DNA of 64,000 bases from Gemmatimonadaceae bacterium (GCA_046598315.1 JBKJIY010000079.1:4931-68930), one strand, 5' to 3'; shown: positions 17,602-27,023, counted from the first letter of the stretch. The notes: a model not told the origin generated them from the letters alone. Made by a program: numbers and translations.

Positions 17602-18939
17602 ATGACCGACTCGAACGACGCCTCTGGCGCGCTGCGCGCCGCGAACCTCGCCTTCGCCACACGGTATCCCGGCGAGGCGGGGGGGCGTCAGCCCGTGCAC
17701 ACGGTGTACGGCGGCGCGCAGCTCTTTCGGGGCGACACGACACGCAAGCTGGGCGATCTCGCACTACGCGCAATGGACGAGTATGCGTCGGACGCGGCGG
17801 CCCTTGGACGCGCGCTCGGCATCGCGGACCATCCCGCGCTCGATGTGATCCACCGCCGCGTCCGGGAAAAGCTCGCGCGTGAGCCGGTGGAGGATTTCCG
17901 CATCGATTTCGAGGACGGATACGGCATCCGTCCCGATGCCGAGGAGGACGCGCATGCGCTCGCGGTGGGCGATGCCCTCGCGCGCGGGATGGAGGATCAG
18001 ACCCTCTCTCCCTTCATCGGTCTGCGTGTGAAACCGCTGAACGAGGAGCTCCGCGCGCGCAGCGTGCGGACGCTGGAGCTCGTCGTCTCACGCGTGATGG
18101 AGAAGTCGGGTTCCCTTCCCGAGAACTTCGTCGTGACCATCCCCAAGGTCACGATCATCGAACAGGTAGAGCACACGGTGAGCGTGCTCGCCGCGCTCGA
18201 GCGCAAGGTCGGACTGGCCAATGGCACGCTGCGCTTCGAGGTGATGGTGGAGACCCCGCAGATCGTGCTCGACGCCGAGGGTCGCTCTCTCCTGCCGCGT
18301 CTTCCCGCCGCGGCGCAGGGGCGGCTCACTGGTGCCCACTTCGGGACATACGACTATACCGCGGGGGTGAACATCACCGCGGCGCATCAGCGCATGCGTC
18401 ACCCGGCGTGCGATTTCGCGAAGCACATGATGCAGGTGGCGTTCGCGGGCACGGGTGTCTGGCTGTCGGACGGCTCCACCACCGTGATGCCCGTGCCCAT
18501 TCATCGCGCTGGCCCGGATGCGCCGCTCGGCGCCGAGCAGCGGGCGGCCAACGAGGCCAGCGTGCACGCTGCCTGGCGACTGCACTTCGACGACGTGACG
18601 CATTCACTCGTCGGCGGCTTCTATCAGGGATGGGATCTGCATCCGGCGCAGCTCGTGAGCCGCTACGCCGCGCTGTACGCGTTCTTCCTCGACGGCATCG
18701 ATGCCGCTGCCGCGCGTCTGAGCAATTTTGTGGGGAAGGCCGCGCAGGCGACGCTCATCGGAGACGTGTTCGACGACGCCGCGACCGGGCAGGGGCTGCT
18801 CAACTTCTTCCTGCGCGGCGTGAACTCGGCGGCGATCACCGAGGAGGACGCCGTGCGACTGACGAGTCTGTCGGTGGATGAGCTGCGGTCACGATCGTTC
18901 GTGACGATCCTGCGAAACCGTGGAGGCGGGCTGGCGTAG
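17602..18939 (+). CDS. Uncharacterised TIM-barrel protein resembling the HpcH/HpaI aldolase, citrate-lyase beta and malate synthase superfamily
   Basis: 445 aa, starting 7 nt after guaD. The motifs FRIDFEDGYG and RFEVMVETPQ resemble the CitE/malate-synthase metal and substrate motifs. I recognise no characterised orthologue. Confidence 0.55.
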   Translation: MTDSNDASGALRAANLAFATRYPGEAGGRQPVHTVYGGAQLFRGDTTRKLGDLALRAMDEYASDAAALGRALGIADHPALDVIHRRVREKLAREPVEDFRIDFEDGYGIRPDAEEDAHALAVGDALARGMEDQTLSPFIGLRVKPLNEELRARSVRTLELVVSRVMEKSGSLPENFVVTIPKVTIIEQVEHTVSVLAALERKVGLANGTLRFEVMVETPQIVLDAEGRSLLPRLPAAAQGRLTGAHFGTYDYTAGVNITAAHQRMRHPACDFAKHMMQVAFAGTGVWLSDGSTTVMPVPIHRAGPDAPLGAEQRAANEASVHAAWRLHFDDVTHSLVGGFYQGWDLHPAQLVSRYAALYAFFLDGIDAAAARLSNFVGKAAQATLIGDVFDDAATGQGLLNFFLRGVNSAAITEEDAVRLTSLSVDELRSRSFVTILRNRGGGLA

Positions 18940-18941
18940 TA

Positions 18942-19305
18942 TTGGCGCCTCTGGCGATTTTCTGGTGGCTGGATTCTGGAGCGGCGGTCAACGAGCTTGG
19001 GTTTGGATTCCTCGAGTGCGTATATGCGTCGGCGCCGGAAATGGTGCTCCGAGAGCACGGGCCGTCCGTGCACCGCGAGCAGAAAGCTCGAAGTCATGTT
19101 TCGAGGGAAGAGGCTCGGCGTGTTGCGAGCTGACCTCGTGGTCGAAGATCTGCTTGTCCTGGAGCTGAAAGCGGGTGCAGTTCTTCCTCAAGGCGCCAAG
19201 GCCCAGCTCCTCAGCTATCTCAAGGCCTCACGCAAGGAAGTGGGCCTGCTGCTGTTCTTCGGTCCAATCCCGGAGGTCCAACGCGCGATCCTCTCCCGCC
19301 AATAG
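18942..19305 (+). pseudogene. GxxExxY-family (PD-(D/E)xK-like) gene disrupted by a +1 frameshift
   Basis: The N-terminal half NELGFGFLECVYASA...REHGPSVHREQK lies in the 18942 frame. The C-terminal half LEVMFRGKRLGVLRADLVVEDLLVLELKAG...AQLLSYLKAS...GLLLFFG lies in the 18997 frame. Removing one a from the run at 19083-19085 restores a single ORF of about 120 aa. Confidence 0.75.
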
Positions 19306-19427
19306 ATAGATCCGCCCCAGCCAACACTTTCAGAAGTTTCCGCGATGTCAGTTGAGGGCCGAGACGAACCGGAGCCAGGCTAGATTTCAATGGACGGCAC
19401 ACACGCCGCCCGCTCCAGCCCTCGCTC

Positions 19428-21737
19428 ATGCTGCTCCCGCTTCTCGCCCAACTCGCTCTCGCCACGCCACCGGCGTCGGGCGCCACGTACCACGGCCGTC
19501 ACCAGCAGACAGTCGTCCGCGCCGTTGGCACCTCCACTGCTCCCATCGTGGATGGCAAGCTCGACGAGCCGCAGTGGCGCACTGCGGCGCGGCTCACCGG
19601 CTTCTCCATGTATCAGCCCGTGGACGGCGCGCCAGCGCCGGATTCCACCGAGGTGCTGGTGATGTACACGTCCACGGCGCTGCACATCGGCATCCGCGCC
19701 CTGGAGCCCCACGGCGCCGTGCGCGCCACGCTGGCCGATCGCGACCGGATCGCCAGCGACGACAACATCCAGCTCTTCATCGACACCTTCGACGACAGGC
19801 GACGCGCGTTCGTGTTCGCCGTGAACCCGTTCGGCGTCCAGGCCGACGGCGTTCGAAGCGAGAGCAGCGGCGGCGGGCGCGGCGGGTCGGGCTCGGTGGA
19901 TCTCTCGTCGGATTTCCTCTTCGAGTCCAGGGGGCGCGTCACCGCCGACGGCTACGAGGTGGAGCTGCGGATCCCATTCAGCTCGCTGCGCTATCCCCCG
20001 GGGCGCGAGCAGCGCTGGGGATTCAACGTCATCCGCACCGTGCAGCATTCCGGCTACCAGCAGACATGGACGGCGGCCAGGCGCGCCTCCGCGACCTTTC
20101 TCAGCCAGTCGGGAGTGATCGAGGGGCTCACCGGACTCGTGCGCGGACGCGTCGCCTCGCTCAATCCGGAGATCACCGCCCGCGTCACCGGCGAGATGGA
20201 CGCCGGTTCGGGCGGCTGGCGCTACCGGCGGGAGCAGGACGCCGGCGGCAACCTCAAGTACGACCTCAACAGCAGCCTCACACTCAATGGCACCGTTCAC
20301 CCGGACTTCTCGCAGGTGGAGGCGGATGCGCCGCAGATCGCGCTCGATCCGCGGTTCGCGCTCTTTTATGCGGAGAAGCGCCCGTTCTTCATCGACGGCA
20401 TCGAGCAGTTCGACGTCCCGAATCGGCTGATCTACACTCGTCGCATCCTGCAGCCGGTGGGCGCCGCGAAGATCACCGGGACCATCGGCGGCACCGACGT
20501 CGCCCTCCTCGCGGCACAGGACGCATCCGGGGGCTCGGCCGACGGCCGGACGAGGCCGACATACCTCGTCTCACGCCTCCGCCGCGATGTCGCCGGCGGC
20601 AGCACCACGCTCGGCGTGGTGTTCACCGATCGCGAGGAGGGCGCGAGCGCCAACCGCGTGCTCGGCGCCGACGCACGCATCACCTTCCGCAACCTGTACT
20701 ACGCGCAGTTCCAGGCGGCGGCGAGCCAGACACGCGTGAACGCGGCCTCGCGCTACGCGCCACTCTGGGAGGCGGTGCTCGACCGCACCGGTCGCAGCTT
20801 CGGCTTCCACTACCAGATCACCGGCGTGGGCGAGGACTTCTCCGCGGCGAGCGGCTTCGTGGCACGCACCGGCTATGTGCGACCGTTCCTGGCGAATCGG
20901 TTCAGCATCTACGGGGCGCGCGGCGCGCTGCTGGAGAACTACACCGCGCGGCTCCTCACGAATGGCACGTGGCGGTACCGTGACTTCTTTCAGGGGCGGA
21001 GCGTGCTCGAGAGTGGCGCCTCGCTGCAGAACGACTTCACCTTTCGCGGCGGATGGAAGGTGGAGTTCGCACCGACGGCCGCGTCGTACGCATTCGACCC
21101 CAGGGCCTACGCGGGGCTCGCCGTGGCCGGTGCGCGCGACACCGTGGCGTTCGTGGTGCCGGGCCGGCTGCCGACGTTCGGCGTGGTTGGCGAGATCGAG
21201 ACGCCGCAGTTCCGTCACTTCTCGGCCAACATCTCCTTCAATGCGGGAAGCGACGTGGACTTCCTGGAGGCCGGCCGCGCGCGCCGGCGCGATGTGGGCG
21301 TCGGTGTGGACTGGCGGCCCACGAGTCAGCTTCGCGTGGGTGCCTCCTACCAGTCCAGCGAGCTGGCCCGTGCCAGCGACGGCAGCGTCGTGGCCACGGC
21401 GCGCATCCCGCGCGTGAAGACGGAGTATCAGGTGAGCCGGCCGGTGTTCGTGCGGCTGATCGCGCAGTACGACGCCCGACGTCGCGCGCCCCTCGTCGAT
21501 TATCGGACCGGTGCGCCACTCGTGATCGGTTCGCCTGGCACCTTCCGGCCTTTGCTGGAGCAGCGGAACAATGGCGTGCGCATGGACGGACTCTTCTCCT
21601 ATCAACCGTCACCCGGCACCGTCGTCTTCCTCGGATACGGCAACAGTCTTACGGAACCCGAGGCGCTGTCGTTCACCAGGCTGCGCCGCGTCGGTGACGG
21701 GTTCTTCGCGAAGATGAGCTATTTGTTCAAGGGGTAG
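19428..21737 (+). CDS. Outer-membrane protein with N-terminal CBM9-like domain and DUF5916-type beta-barrel
   Basis: 769 aa. It has a signal peptide, and IVDGKLDEPQW...FSMYQP...IQLFIDTFDDRR is typical of this family. The C-terminal half shows alternating beta-strand character and ends in an aromatic-rich SYLFKG. Confidence 0.65.
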   Translation: MLLPLLAQLALATPPASGATYHGRHQQTVVRAVGTSTAPIVDGKLDEPQWRTAARLTGFSMYQPVDGAPAPDSTEVLVMYTSTALHIGIRALEPHGAVRATLADRDRIASDDNIQLFIDTFDDRRRAFVFAVNPFGVQADGVRSESSGGGRGGSGSVDLSSDFLFESRGRVTADGYEVELRIPFSSLRYPPGREQRWGFNVIRTVQHSGYQQTWTAARRASATFLSQSGVIEGLTGLVRGRVASLNPEITARVTGEMDAGSGGWRYRREQDAGGNLKYDLNSSLTLNGTVHPDFSQVEADAPQIALDPRFALFYAEKRPFFIDGIEQFDVPNRLIYTRRILQPVGAAKITGTIGGTDVALLAAQDASGGSADGRTRPTYLVSRLRRDVAGGSTTLGVVFTDREEGASANRVLGADARITFRNLYYAQFQAAASQTRVNAASRYAPLWEAVLDRTGRSFGFHYQITGVGEDFSAASGFVARTGYVRPFLANRFSIYGARGALLENYTARLLTNGTWRYRDFFQGRSVLESGASLQNDFTFRGGWKVEFAPTAASYAFDPRAYAGLAVAGARDTVAFVVPGRLPTFGVVGEIETPQFRHFSANISFNAGSDVDFLEAGRARRRDVGVGVDWRPTSQLRVGASYQSSELARASDGSVVATARIPRVKTEYQVSRPVFVRLIAQYDARRRAPLVDYRTGAPLVIGSPGTFRPLLEQRNNGVRMDGLFSYQPSPGTVVFLGYGNSLTEPEALSFTRLRRVGDGFFAKMSYLFKG

Positions 21738-21785
21738 CTGTGTTCGGCGGTTTACGGTCACGGTAACCGAAAACCGAACCGCTTC

Positions 21786-23162
21786 CTAGAAGAAATACCC
21801 GAAGATGATATTCATCTCCGCGTCGCTCGTCAGTCCGAAGCCGATCGGCTTGGCCGTCGTGTTGTTGTACGTCACGACCGAACGCAGCCCCTGTCCCGGC
21901 TGCAGCACGATCGGCTGCGCGTAGTTCACGATCGCGGGGTGCTCCCAGTCGAGATTCTCGTAGACGACCTCGCCGTCCCGCGGCCCGCCGACGATCCTGA
22001 TCTGATAGCGCTCGCCGCGCGCGTGCATGTGCGACGTCAGCGCGATGATCGTCGTCGTCTTGCCGAAGGTGAAGGTCTTCTCGACCGTCGTTCGTGCACC
22101 CGCGGGAAGCACGAAGCTCGTATTGCTCAGGTTCAGCGTGGACAGCGGCTGCGTCACCTGCGACGCGGGGACGGTGTACAGGTTCACGTACGCTTCACCG
22201 GAAATCGACGCAGCCGTGCGGTTGGCGTAGTGGACGTTGAGATCCAGCGCCGCATCGGCGGGAAGTCGAAGCCCCATCCCGGGAGGAAACCGGTAGTCGC
22301 TCTGCGGCGTCATCGAGCCGGCGAAGAAGACGTGGTAGCCCATCGCCAGCATGTTGGCAAAGATGAGCGAGCCGTCGGCATTGCGGATGTCGCGCACCGC
22401 ATCGGGTGGCGGCACGATGAAGGCCGGGGTGGCTTCGGTGAAGGTGTAGAGCAGGAAGTGGTGACTGAGCGGGCGCATCGACGTCTGGATGCGCGAGACG
22501 TACATCGGCTCGGTATTGGCGAGCTTGCGATACGTGAACAGCTCGCGCTCGAAGATTGGGGCGACGTCGAACCGGTCGACCTTCAGTTGAATGCCCGCAC
22601 CCGGCGCCGGTGCAGCGAGGGGGATGAACGGCAGCGTCGTCTGCGGCGTGCGGTCGGCGAGCAGCGCGACGTCGGCGACGGCGCCGCTCTTCGGCGCGCC
22701 CGCGGCGATCCACCGGCGCACGTACTCCACCACGCCCGCACTCAGGCCGGCCGTTCCGATCGGCATCGGATTGCCGTAGTCGTGCATGTGATGTCCCACC
22801 GGCGTGATCAGCTTGTGGTAGAGCAGGCTTGAATCCGGCTTCCCGGCCACCACGCGTTTGACCCCGTCGGCGCGCGCCGCCGGATTCGTCGCCGGCACAC
22901 CGACGAGTTGCTCGTAGGCAACGTCGGAGGTGAGGGCGAGCTGGCCCTGCGGACTCGTGCCCGCATGACAGCCGCTCGTCGCACAGCTCGGGGTGAAGAT
23001 CTGCGTCTGCAGCTGCGCAAAGCTCGCGGTCGACGGCGCCGGCGTCCCGGGAGTTCCTGGTGACGACGGCGTCGCGGGAGTCGATGCACTGCCGCCGTCA
23101 CCACCGCAGCCGAGGGCGAGCATGGCGACGAGGATGGCGTGTCGTGGCGTGCGTGAGGGCAT
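21786..23162 (-). CDS. Lipoprotein with an N-terminal CxxxxCH domain and a PHM/DBH-like (copper monooxygenase-like) histidine pattern
   Basis: ORF 21786..23195. The ATG at 23162 gives lipobox MLALGCGG, then a Pro/Ser/Thr linker and SCATSGCHAG. The ligand pattern HH(245-246), H322, HxH(389-391), M461 has spacing similar to peptidylglycine monooxygenase ligands. The CDS call is solid and the function is tentative. Confidence 0.5.
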   Translation of the reverse strand: MPSRTPRHAILVAMLALGCGGDGGSASTPATPSSPGTPGTPAPSTASFAQLQTQIFTPSCATSGCHAGTSPQGQLALTSDVAYEQLVGVPATNPAARADGVKRVVAGKPDSSLLYHKLITPVGHHMHDYGNPMPIGTAGLSAGVVEYVRRWIAAGAPKSGAVADVALLADRTPQTTLPFIPLAAPAPGAGIQLKVDRFDVAPIFERELFTYRKLANTEPMYVSRIQTSMRPLSHHFLLYTFTEATPAFIVPPPDAVRDIRNADGSLIFANMLAMGYHVFFAGSMTPQSDYRFPPGMGLRLPADAALDLNVHYANRTAASISGEAYVNLYTVPASQVTQPLSTLNLSNTSFVLPAGARTTVEKTFTFGKTTTIIALTSHMHARGERYQIRIVGGPRDGEVVYENLDWEHPAIVNYAQPIVLQPGQGLRSVVTYNNTTAKPIGFGLTSDAEMNIIFGYFF

Positions 23163-23256
23163 ATCGGCAGAATGGCTATGGAGATTCGGCCTCACGCTAC
23201 AACTCGGGATCTCGCTCTACAAGGCGTCGAGGAGCTTTCTGTTCAGGTACCGGGAT

Positions 23257-23291
23257 GGTTTCCGGTTTCCGCAAGCAGAGAACCGGAAACC
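23257..23291 (-). terminator. Perfect 11-bp hairpin downstream of msrA. No U-tract follows.
   Basis: Arm ggtttccggtt (23257-23267), a 13-nt loop, then arm aaccggaaacc (23281-23291). It lies between the msrA stop (23314) and the start of the next gene. Confidence 0.4.
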
Positions 23292-23313
23292 GATCACCGT
23301 ACCCCTTCTTCCG

Positions 23314-24012
23314 TCAACTTCCCTTGATCTCGTCCCGCCACAGATGCGGCATCAGCTTCTTCAGATTCGCCACCTTGGGCGCGTCGTGGATGCGGATATA
23401 GGCGGCGTCGGGATGCTTCGTCGCGTAGTCCTGGTGGTACGACTCCGCGACGTAGAACGCGCCGAGTGGGGCGACCTCCGTGACGATCGGGCGGGGAAAG
23501 GTCTTCGCCCTGGTCAGCTGCGCGATGTACGACTCGGAGATCTTCTGCTGCTCATCGGTCGTGTAATAGATGGCCGAGCGATATTGCGTCCCCTCGTCCG
23601 GCCCCTGACGGTTGAGCTCCGTGGGGTTGTGCGCGATGGAGAAGAAGATCTGCAGCAGGGTGCCGTACGAGATCACCGATGAGTCGTAGGTGACGCGAAC
23701 AACCTCGGCGTGCCCGGTGCTCCCCGAGCTCACCTGCTCGTACGAGGGACGCGCCATCGCGCCACCCGAGTAGCCGGAGACCACTGTCCTGACCCCCTTG
23801 AGATGCTGGAAGACCGCCTGGACGCCCCAAAAACAGCCCCCGGCGAACACCGCCGTCTGCTCGCCCTTGGGCGCCACGGCATCAACGGCAGGGCTCGGCA
23901 AGACCGCCGCAGCGCTGGCCACCCTGGGCGTGGTGGCGTTGGCCACCAGCAGACTTCCAAAAACGCCAGCGGCGATCGCGGCGCCAGCACGGGCGAATAC
24001 TCGCATCATCAT
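23314..24012 (-). CDS. msrA: Peptide-methionine (S)-S-oxide reductase, exported form
   Basis: An N-terminal signal peptide is followed by the catalytic motif GGCFWGVQAVF and GHAEVVRVTYD. Confidence 0.92.
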   Translation of the reverse strand: MMMRVFARAGAAIAAGVFGSLLVANATTPRVASAAAVLPSPAVDAVAPKGEQTAVFAGGCFWGVQAVFQHLKGVRTVVSGYSGGAMARPSYEQVSSGSTGHAEVVRVTYDSSVISYGTLLQIFFSIAHNPTELNRQGPDEGTQYRSAIYYTTDEQQKISESYIAQLTRAKTFPRPIVTEVAPLGAFYVAESYHQDYATKHPDAAYIRIHDAPKVANLKKLMPHLWRDEIKGS

Positions 24013-24181
24013 CTCTCTCCATTAGGTACGCTCGTGTAGTACTGACGAGATACGAGGCGAGTTCCCGCCCGGATCCCTCGGTGATGCCGAGGTCGTTCAG
24101 TTTCCGCTGCTGCCACTTTCCTCGTATAATGATTGAGCCGCCGTCGCTCCCCTCCCGTCCGCCATCTCCGGACCCGTCCAG

Positions 24182-25456
24182 ATGAACAGTCCGCACTCGC
24201 GCGTCTCGCACCTCGCCTCGGGCCTCGTGGGCTCGGAGATCCTCAAGATCGCCGCCGACGTGCGCGCGCTCGCTGCCACCGGCCTCGACATCTGCAATCT
24301 CACCGTCGGGGACTTCGCGCCGTCCGAGTTCCGCATCCCGTCGTCGCTCGAGGAGGGGATCGTGGACGCGCTGCGCCGCGGCGAGACCAACTACCCGCCC
24401 TCGGACGGCATCCTTTCCCTCCGCGAAGCGGTTCGCGCGCTGTACCAGCGTGAGCTCGGCTTCACCCCCGCGCTCGAGTCCATCGTGGTGACGGGAGGCT
24501 CGCGTCCTGGCATCTACGCCACCTACCTCGCTCTCGTGAACCCCGGTGAACGCGTTGTATACCCCGCTCCATCGTGGAACAACAACCACTACGCGGGCAT
24601 CGTCGGCGCCGACTCCGCCAGCGTCGTCTGCCACGCGGCGAGCAACTTCATGCCCACGCGCGCCGACCTGCAGGACGCCGTGCGCGGCGCGCGCCTCCTG
24701 GCGCTGTGCTCACCACAGAATCCCACTGGCACGGCGTTCACCGCGGAGTCGCTCGGCGAGATCTGCGACCTCGTGCTGGAGGAGAATGCCGGACGCGGCC
24801 CGGACGAGCGTCCGCTGTTCGTCATGTACGACCAGGTGTACTGGACGCTCACCTTCGGCAAGGATCACGTGCATCCGGTCGGCGTGCGGCCCGCGATGGC
24901 GGCGTACACGGTCTACGTGGACGGAATCTCCAAGGCCTTCGCCGCCACGGGCATCCGTGTTGGGTGGATCGTGGCGCCCCAGGATGTGGCCGCACCGATG
25001 AGCAACCTGCTCGGTCACATCGGCGCGTGGGCGCCGCGCGCCGAGCAGAGCGCCGTCGCGGCGTTGCTCGGCGATTCCGACAAGTTGAGTGCGTATCGCG
25101 GCGAGATCGTGGCGGGGGTGCGCCAGCGGCTGGACGCGCTGTACACCGGCCTCACCGGGATGCGCGACGCCGGGCTGCCGGTGGAGGCGCTGGCGCCGGA
25201 GGGAGCGATCTACCTGAGCGTGCGGTTCGCGCTTGTGGGGCGGGTGCTCGAGGATGGCACCCAGCTGCGGACGGACGAGGAGGTGCGTGCCTATCTGCTT
25301 CGCGCGGCGGGCGTGGCGATTGTGCCCTTCCAGGCGTTTGCGGTCACGAGGGACACGGGGTGGTTTCGCCTGAGCGTCGGGGCGGTGTCGCCGGAGCAGA
25401 TCGAGCGGATGCTGCCGCGGCTGCGGGCGGCGATCGAGGGGACGCGGGTGGCGTGA
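24182..25456 (+). CDS. Class I/II PLP-dependent aminotransferase (aspartate/aromatic-type)
   Basis: 424 aa. Motifs NYPPSDG, SPQNPTG and the PLP-lysine motif YVDGISKAFAATGIRVGW are present. Confidence 0.88.
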   Translation: MNSPHSRVSHLASGLVGSEILKIAADVRALAATGLDICNLTVGDFAPSEFRIPSSLEEGIVDALRRGETNYPPSDGILSLREAVRALYQRELGFTPALESIVVTGGSRPGIYATYLALVNPGERVVYPAPSWNNNHYAGIVGADSASVVCHAASNFMPTRADLQDAVRGARLLALCSPQNPTGTAFTAESLGEICDLVLEENAGRGPDERPLFVMYDQVYWTLTFGKDHVHPVGVRPAMAAYTVYVDGISKAFAATGIRVGWIVAPQDVAAPMSNLLGHIGAWAPRAEQSAVAALLGDSDKLSAYRGEIVAGVRQRLDALYTGLTGMRDAGLPVEALAPEGAIYLSVRFALVGRVLEDGTQLRTDEEVRAYLLRAAGVAIVPFQAFAVTRDTGWFRLSVGAVSPEQIERMLPRLRAAIEGTRVA

Positions 25457-27023
25457 TGCGTCGCACGCGATCGTCGTGGACACGTCGCTCGCGACTTGGG
25501 AGACGTATCACGCCGTCAGGCGAATCCACGACCCACAACAACGGCACCGTCATCATCACCCGGTGCGACGTGGCCACTCCGCTGCGGAAGAACAGCGGTC
25601 CGCTCGGTGCGCCGATCACGCCGCCCGCGAGGGGTGCGCTCCTTCCGGCATCCGCCACAATGAGATCGGGTCTCGTCGCGCAGTCCTCGTTGCCGCAGTT
25701 GCGCCGATAGGCGTAGGAGACCTCCAGCTCGCGCGAGCGATAGCGCACGCCGGCGCCCGGCATCCATTCGGTCCAGCGCTCCTTCTGCGTGCGCACGGTG
25801 GCGCGCAGCAGATCATTCTGAAGCAGAGAGTAGTCGATGGCATACATCGACAGCCCGAGGTTCACGGCGATCGAGCTCCCGGAATCGCGACCGATGTCGA
25901 AGCGGCGGCCGACGCCGAGGCGCAGCTTGTGGTTGCGAAATTCAAAGTGGTTCTCCACCGTGCGCGCTCCCGCGCGGAAGATGGCGCCCCGCGCCGTCGT
26001 GGTGTCGGTCGCCCGGTCCGCCCACGTGTCGCTGTTCATCGGCTCGATGATCACATCGGCAGCGAAGGTGAGCGGACCCGCTTCCCGCGCCAGCCCGACG
26101 CCGAGATTGTACGCGTTGGTGTTCCCCGGATCGCGCGGGATGTTCTGGAACGAGTAGTTCGGAATCTTCGGGTGCCCGAGCCGGTTCGCCGTGGCGAGCG
26201 CGCCGAATCGCCAGCCGCGCGTGCCGAACGGCACGGTGTACTCCGAGTGCAGCCCAGCGATGCGCGTCTCGTCGCGGTTCAGCTCCTGCCGCTGCGTTGA
26301 AGTCGATCGCCTCGTCGCCGGATCCCATCGCCACGTGGTGAAGTGCACGTCGTGCGTCATCGTCGTGCGATTGTGCAGGGCCAGCAGCTCCAGCGCATGC
26401 CCCGGCGCCCACTCCTTCACCGCGCCCAGGCGCAGATCGGTCATCGATCCGTCCTGATCGATGCGGTCGCTGCCACCGTACATCAGATCCACTCCGTCCA
26501 CCGCGCCGAGACTGGCGTGCGCGGCGCTCCCGCCCAGCGAGAGCCCCGCGCCAAGACGCCGCGCGGCCACCGCCGTGACATAACGGTTGTTGGCCATGCG
26601 CTCGCTTTGCGGACGATTCCACACCGGACCGGCACGATGGATCTGTTGAAAGGCACCGACGAGAGCGCCGGCCCAGTCGCCGCGACTGGCCATCAACGTC
26701 ACGGGCACGGTCCGTCCGCCACCGTTGTTCACCGCGATCTCGTGGGAATACGGCATCACGACGAGGTGCACACCTCGCAGCCGCAACGCCTTGGCGGGAT
26801 TGGTGAAGGGATCAGCGAGGGAGTCATCGAGCGCGAGCGACACGCCTCCGAGTCCTGGACGGCTGGACGGATAGAGGTCGAACTGTTCGTCCTGCAACAC
26901 CGGAACCGTCTTGGGAGTGACGAGCTGAGCACTCGCGAGCGCGGGGGCCATGACGGCCGAGAGGGCCACAAGCGCCAGGACTCGGTGTGCCGCGGGGCGG
27001 GAGAGAACGGACGATGCGCGCAT
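25344..27023 (-). CDS. Hypothetical secreted or outer-membrane protein
   Basis: ORF 25344..27128. The ATG at 27023 gives signal peptide MRASSVLSRPAAHRVLALVALSAVMAPALASAQ. The body is beta-rich with no recognised family. The 3' 113 nt overlap the aminotransferase gene. Confidence 0.55.
   Translation of the reverse strand: MRASSVLSRPAAHRVLALVALSAVMAPALASAQLVTPKTVPVLQDEQFDLYPSSRPGLGGVSLALDDSLADPFTNPAKALRLRGVHLVVMPYSHEIAVNNGGGRTVPVTLMASRGDWAGALVGAFQQIHRAGPVWNRPQSERMANNRYVTAVAARRLGAGLSLGGSAAHASLGAVDGVDLMYGGSDRIDQDGSMTDLRLGAVKEWAPGHALELLALHNRTTMTHDVHFTTWRWDPATRRSTSTQRQELNRDETRIAGLHSEYTVPFGTRGWRFGALATANRLGHPKIPNYSFQNIPRDPGNTNAYNLGVGLAREAGPLTFAADVIIEPMNSDTWADRATDTTTARGAIFRAGARTVENHFEFRNHKLRLGVGRRFDIGRDSGSSIAVNLGLSMYAIDYSLLQNDLLRATVRTQKERWTEWMPGAGVRYRSRELEVSYAYRRNCGNEDCATRPDLIVADAGRSAPLAGGVIGAPSGPLFFRSGVATSHRVMMTVPLLWVVDSPDGVIRLPSRERRVHDDRVRRITPPASPRSPPAAAAASARSAPATPPRRSGETTPCPS

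Noticed and set aside
21741-21783. An imperfect palindrome between the convergent genes 19428-21737 and 21786-23162, considered as a bidirectional terminator.
   Set aside because: The stem needs a 3-nt bulge and has no flanking T or A runs, which is too weak to annotate.
24040-24110. A possible further copy of the inverted-repeat element between msrA and the aminotransferase gene (gggatccggg / gcggaaactg motifs).
   Set aside because: Only short, non-collinear matches are present, with no terminal inverted repeat.
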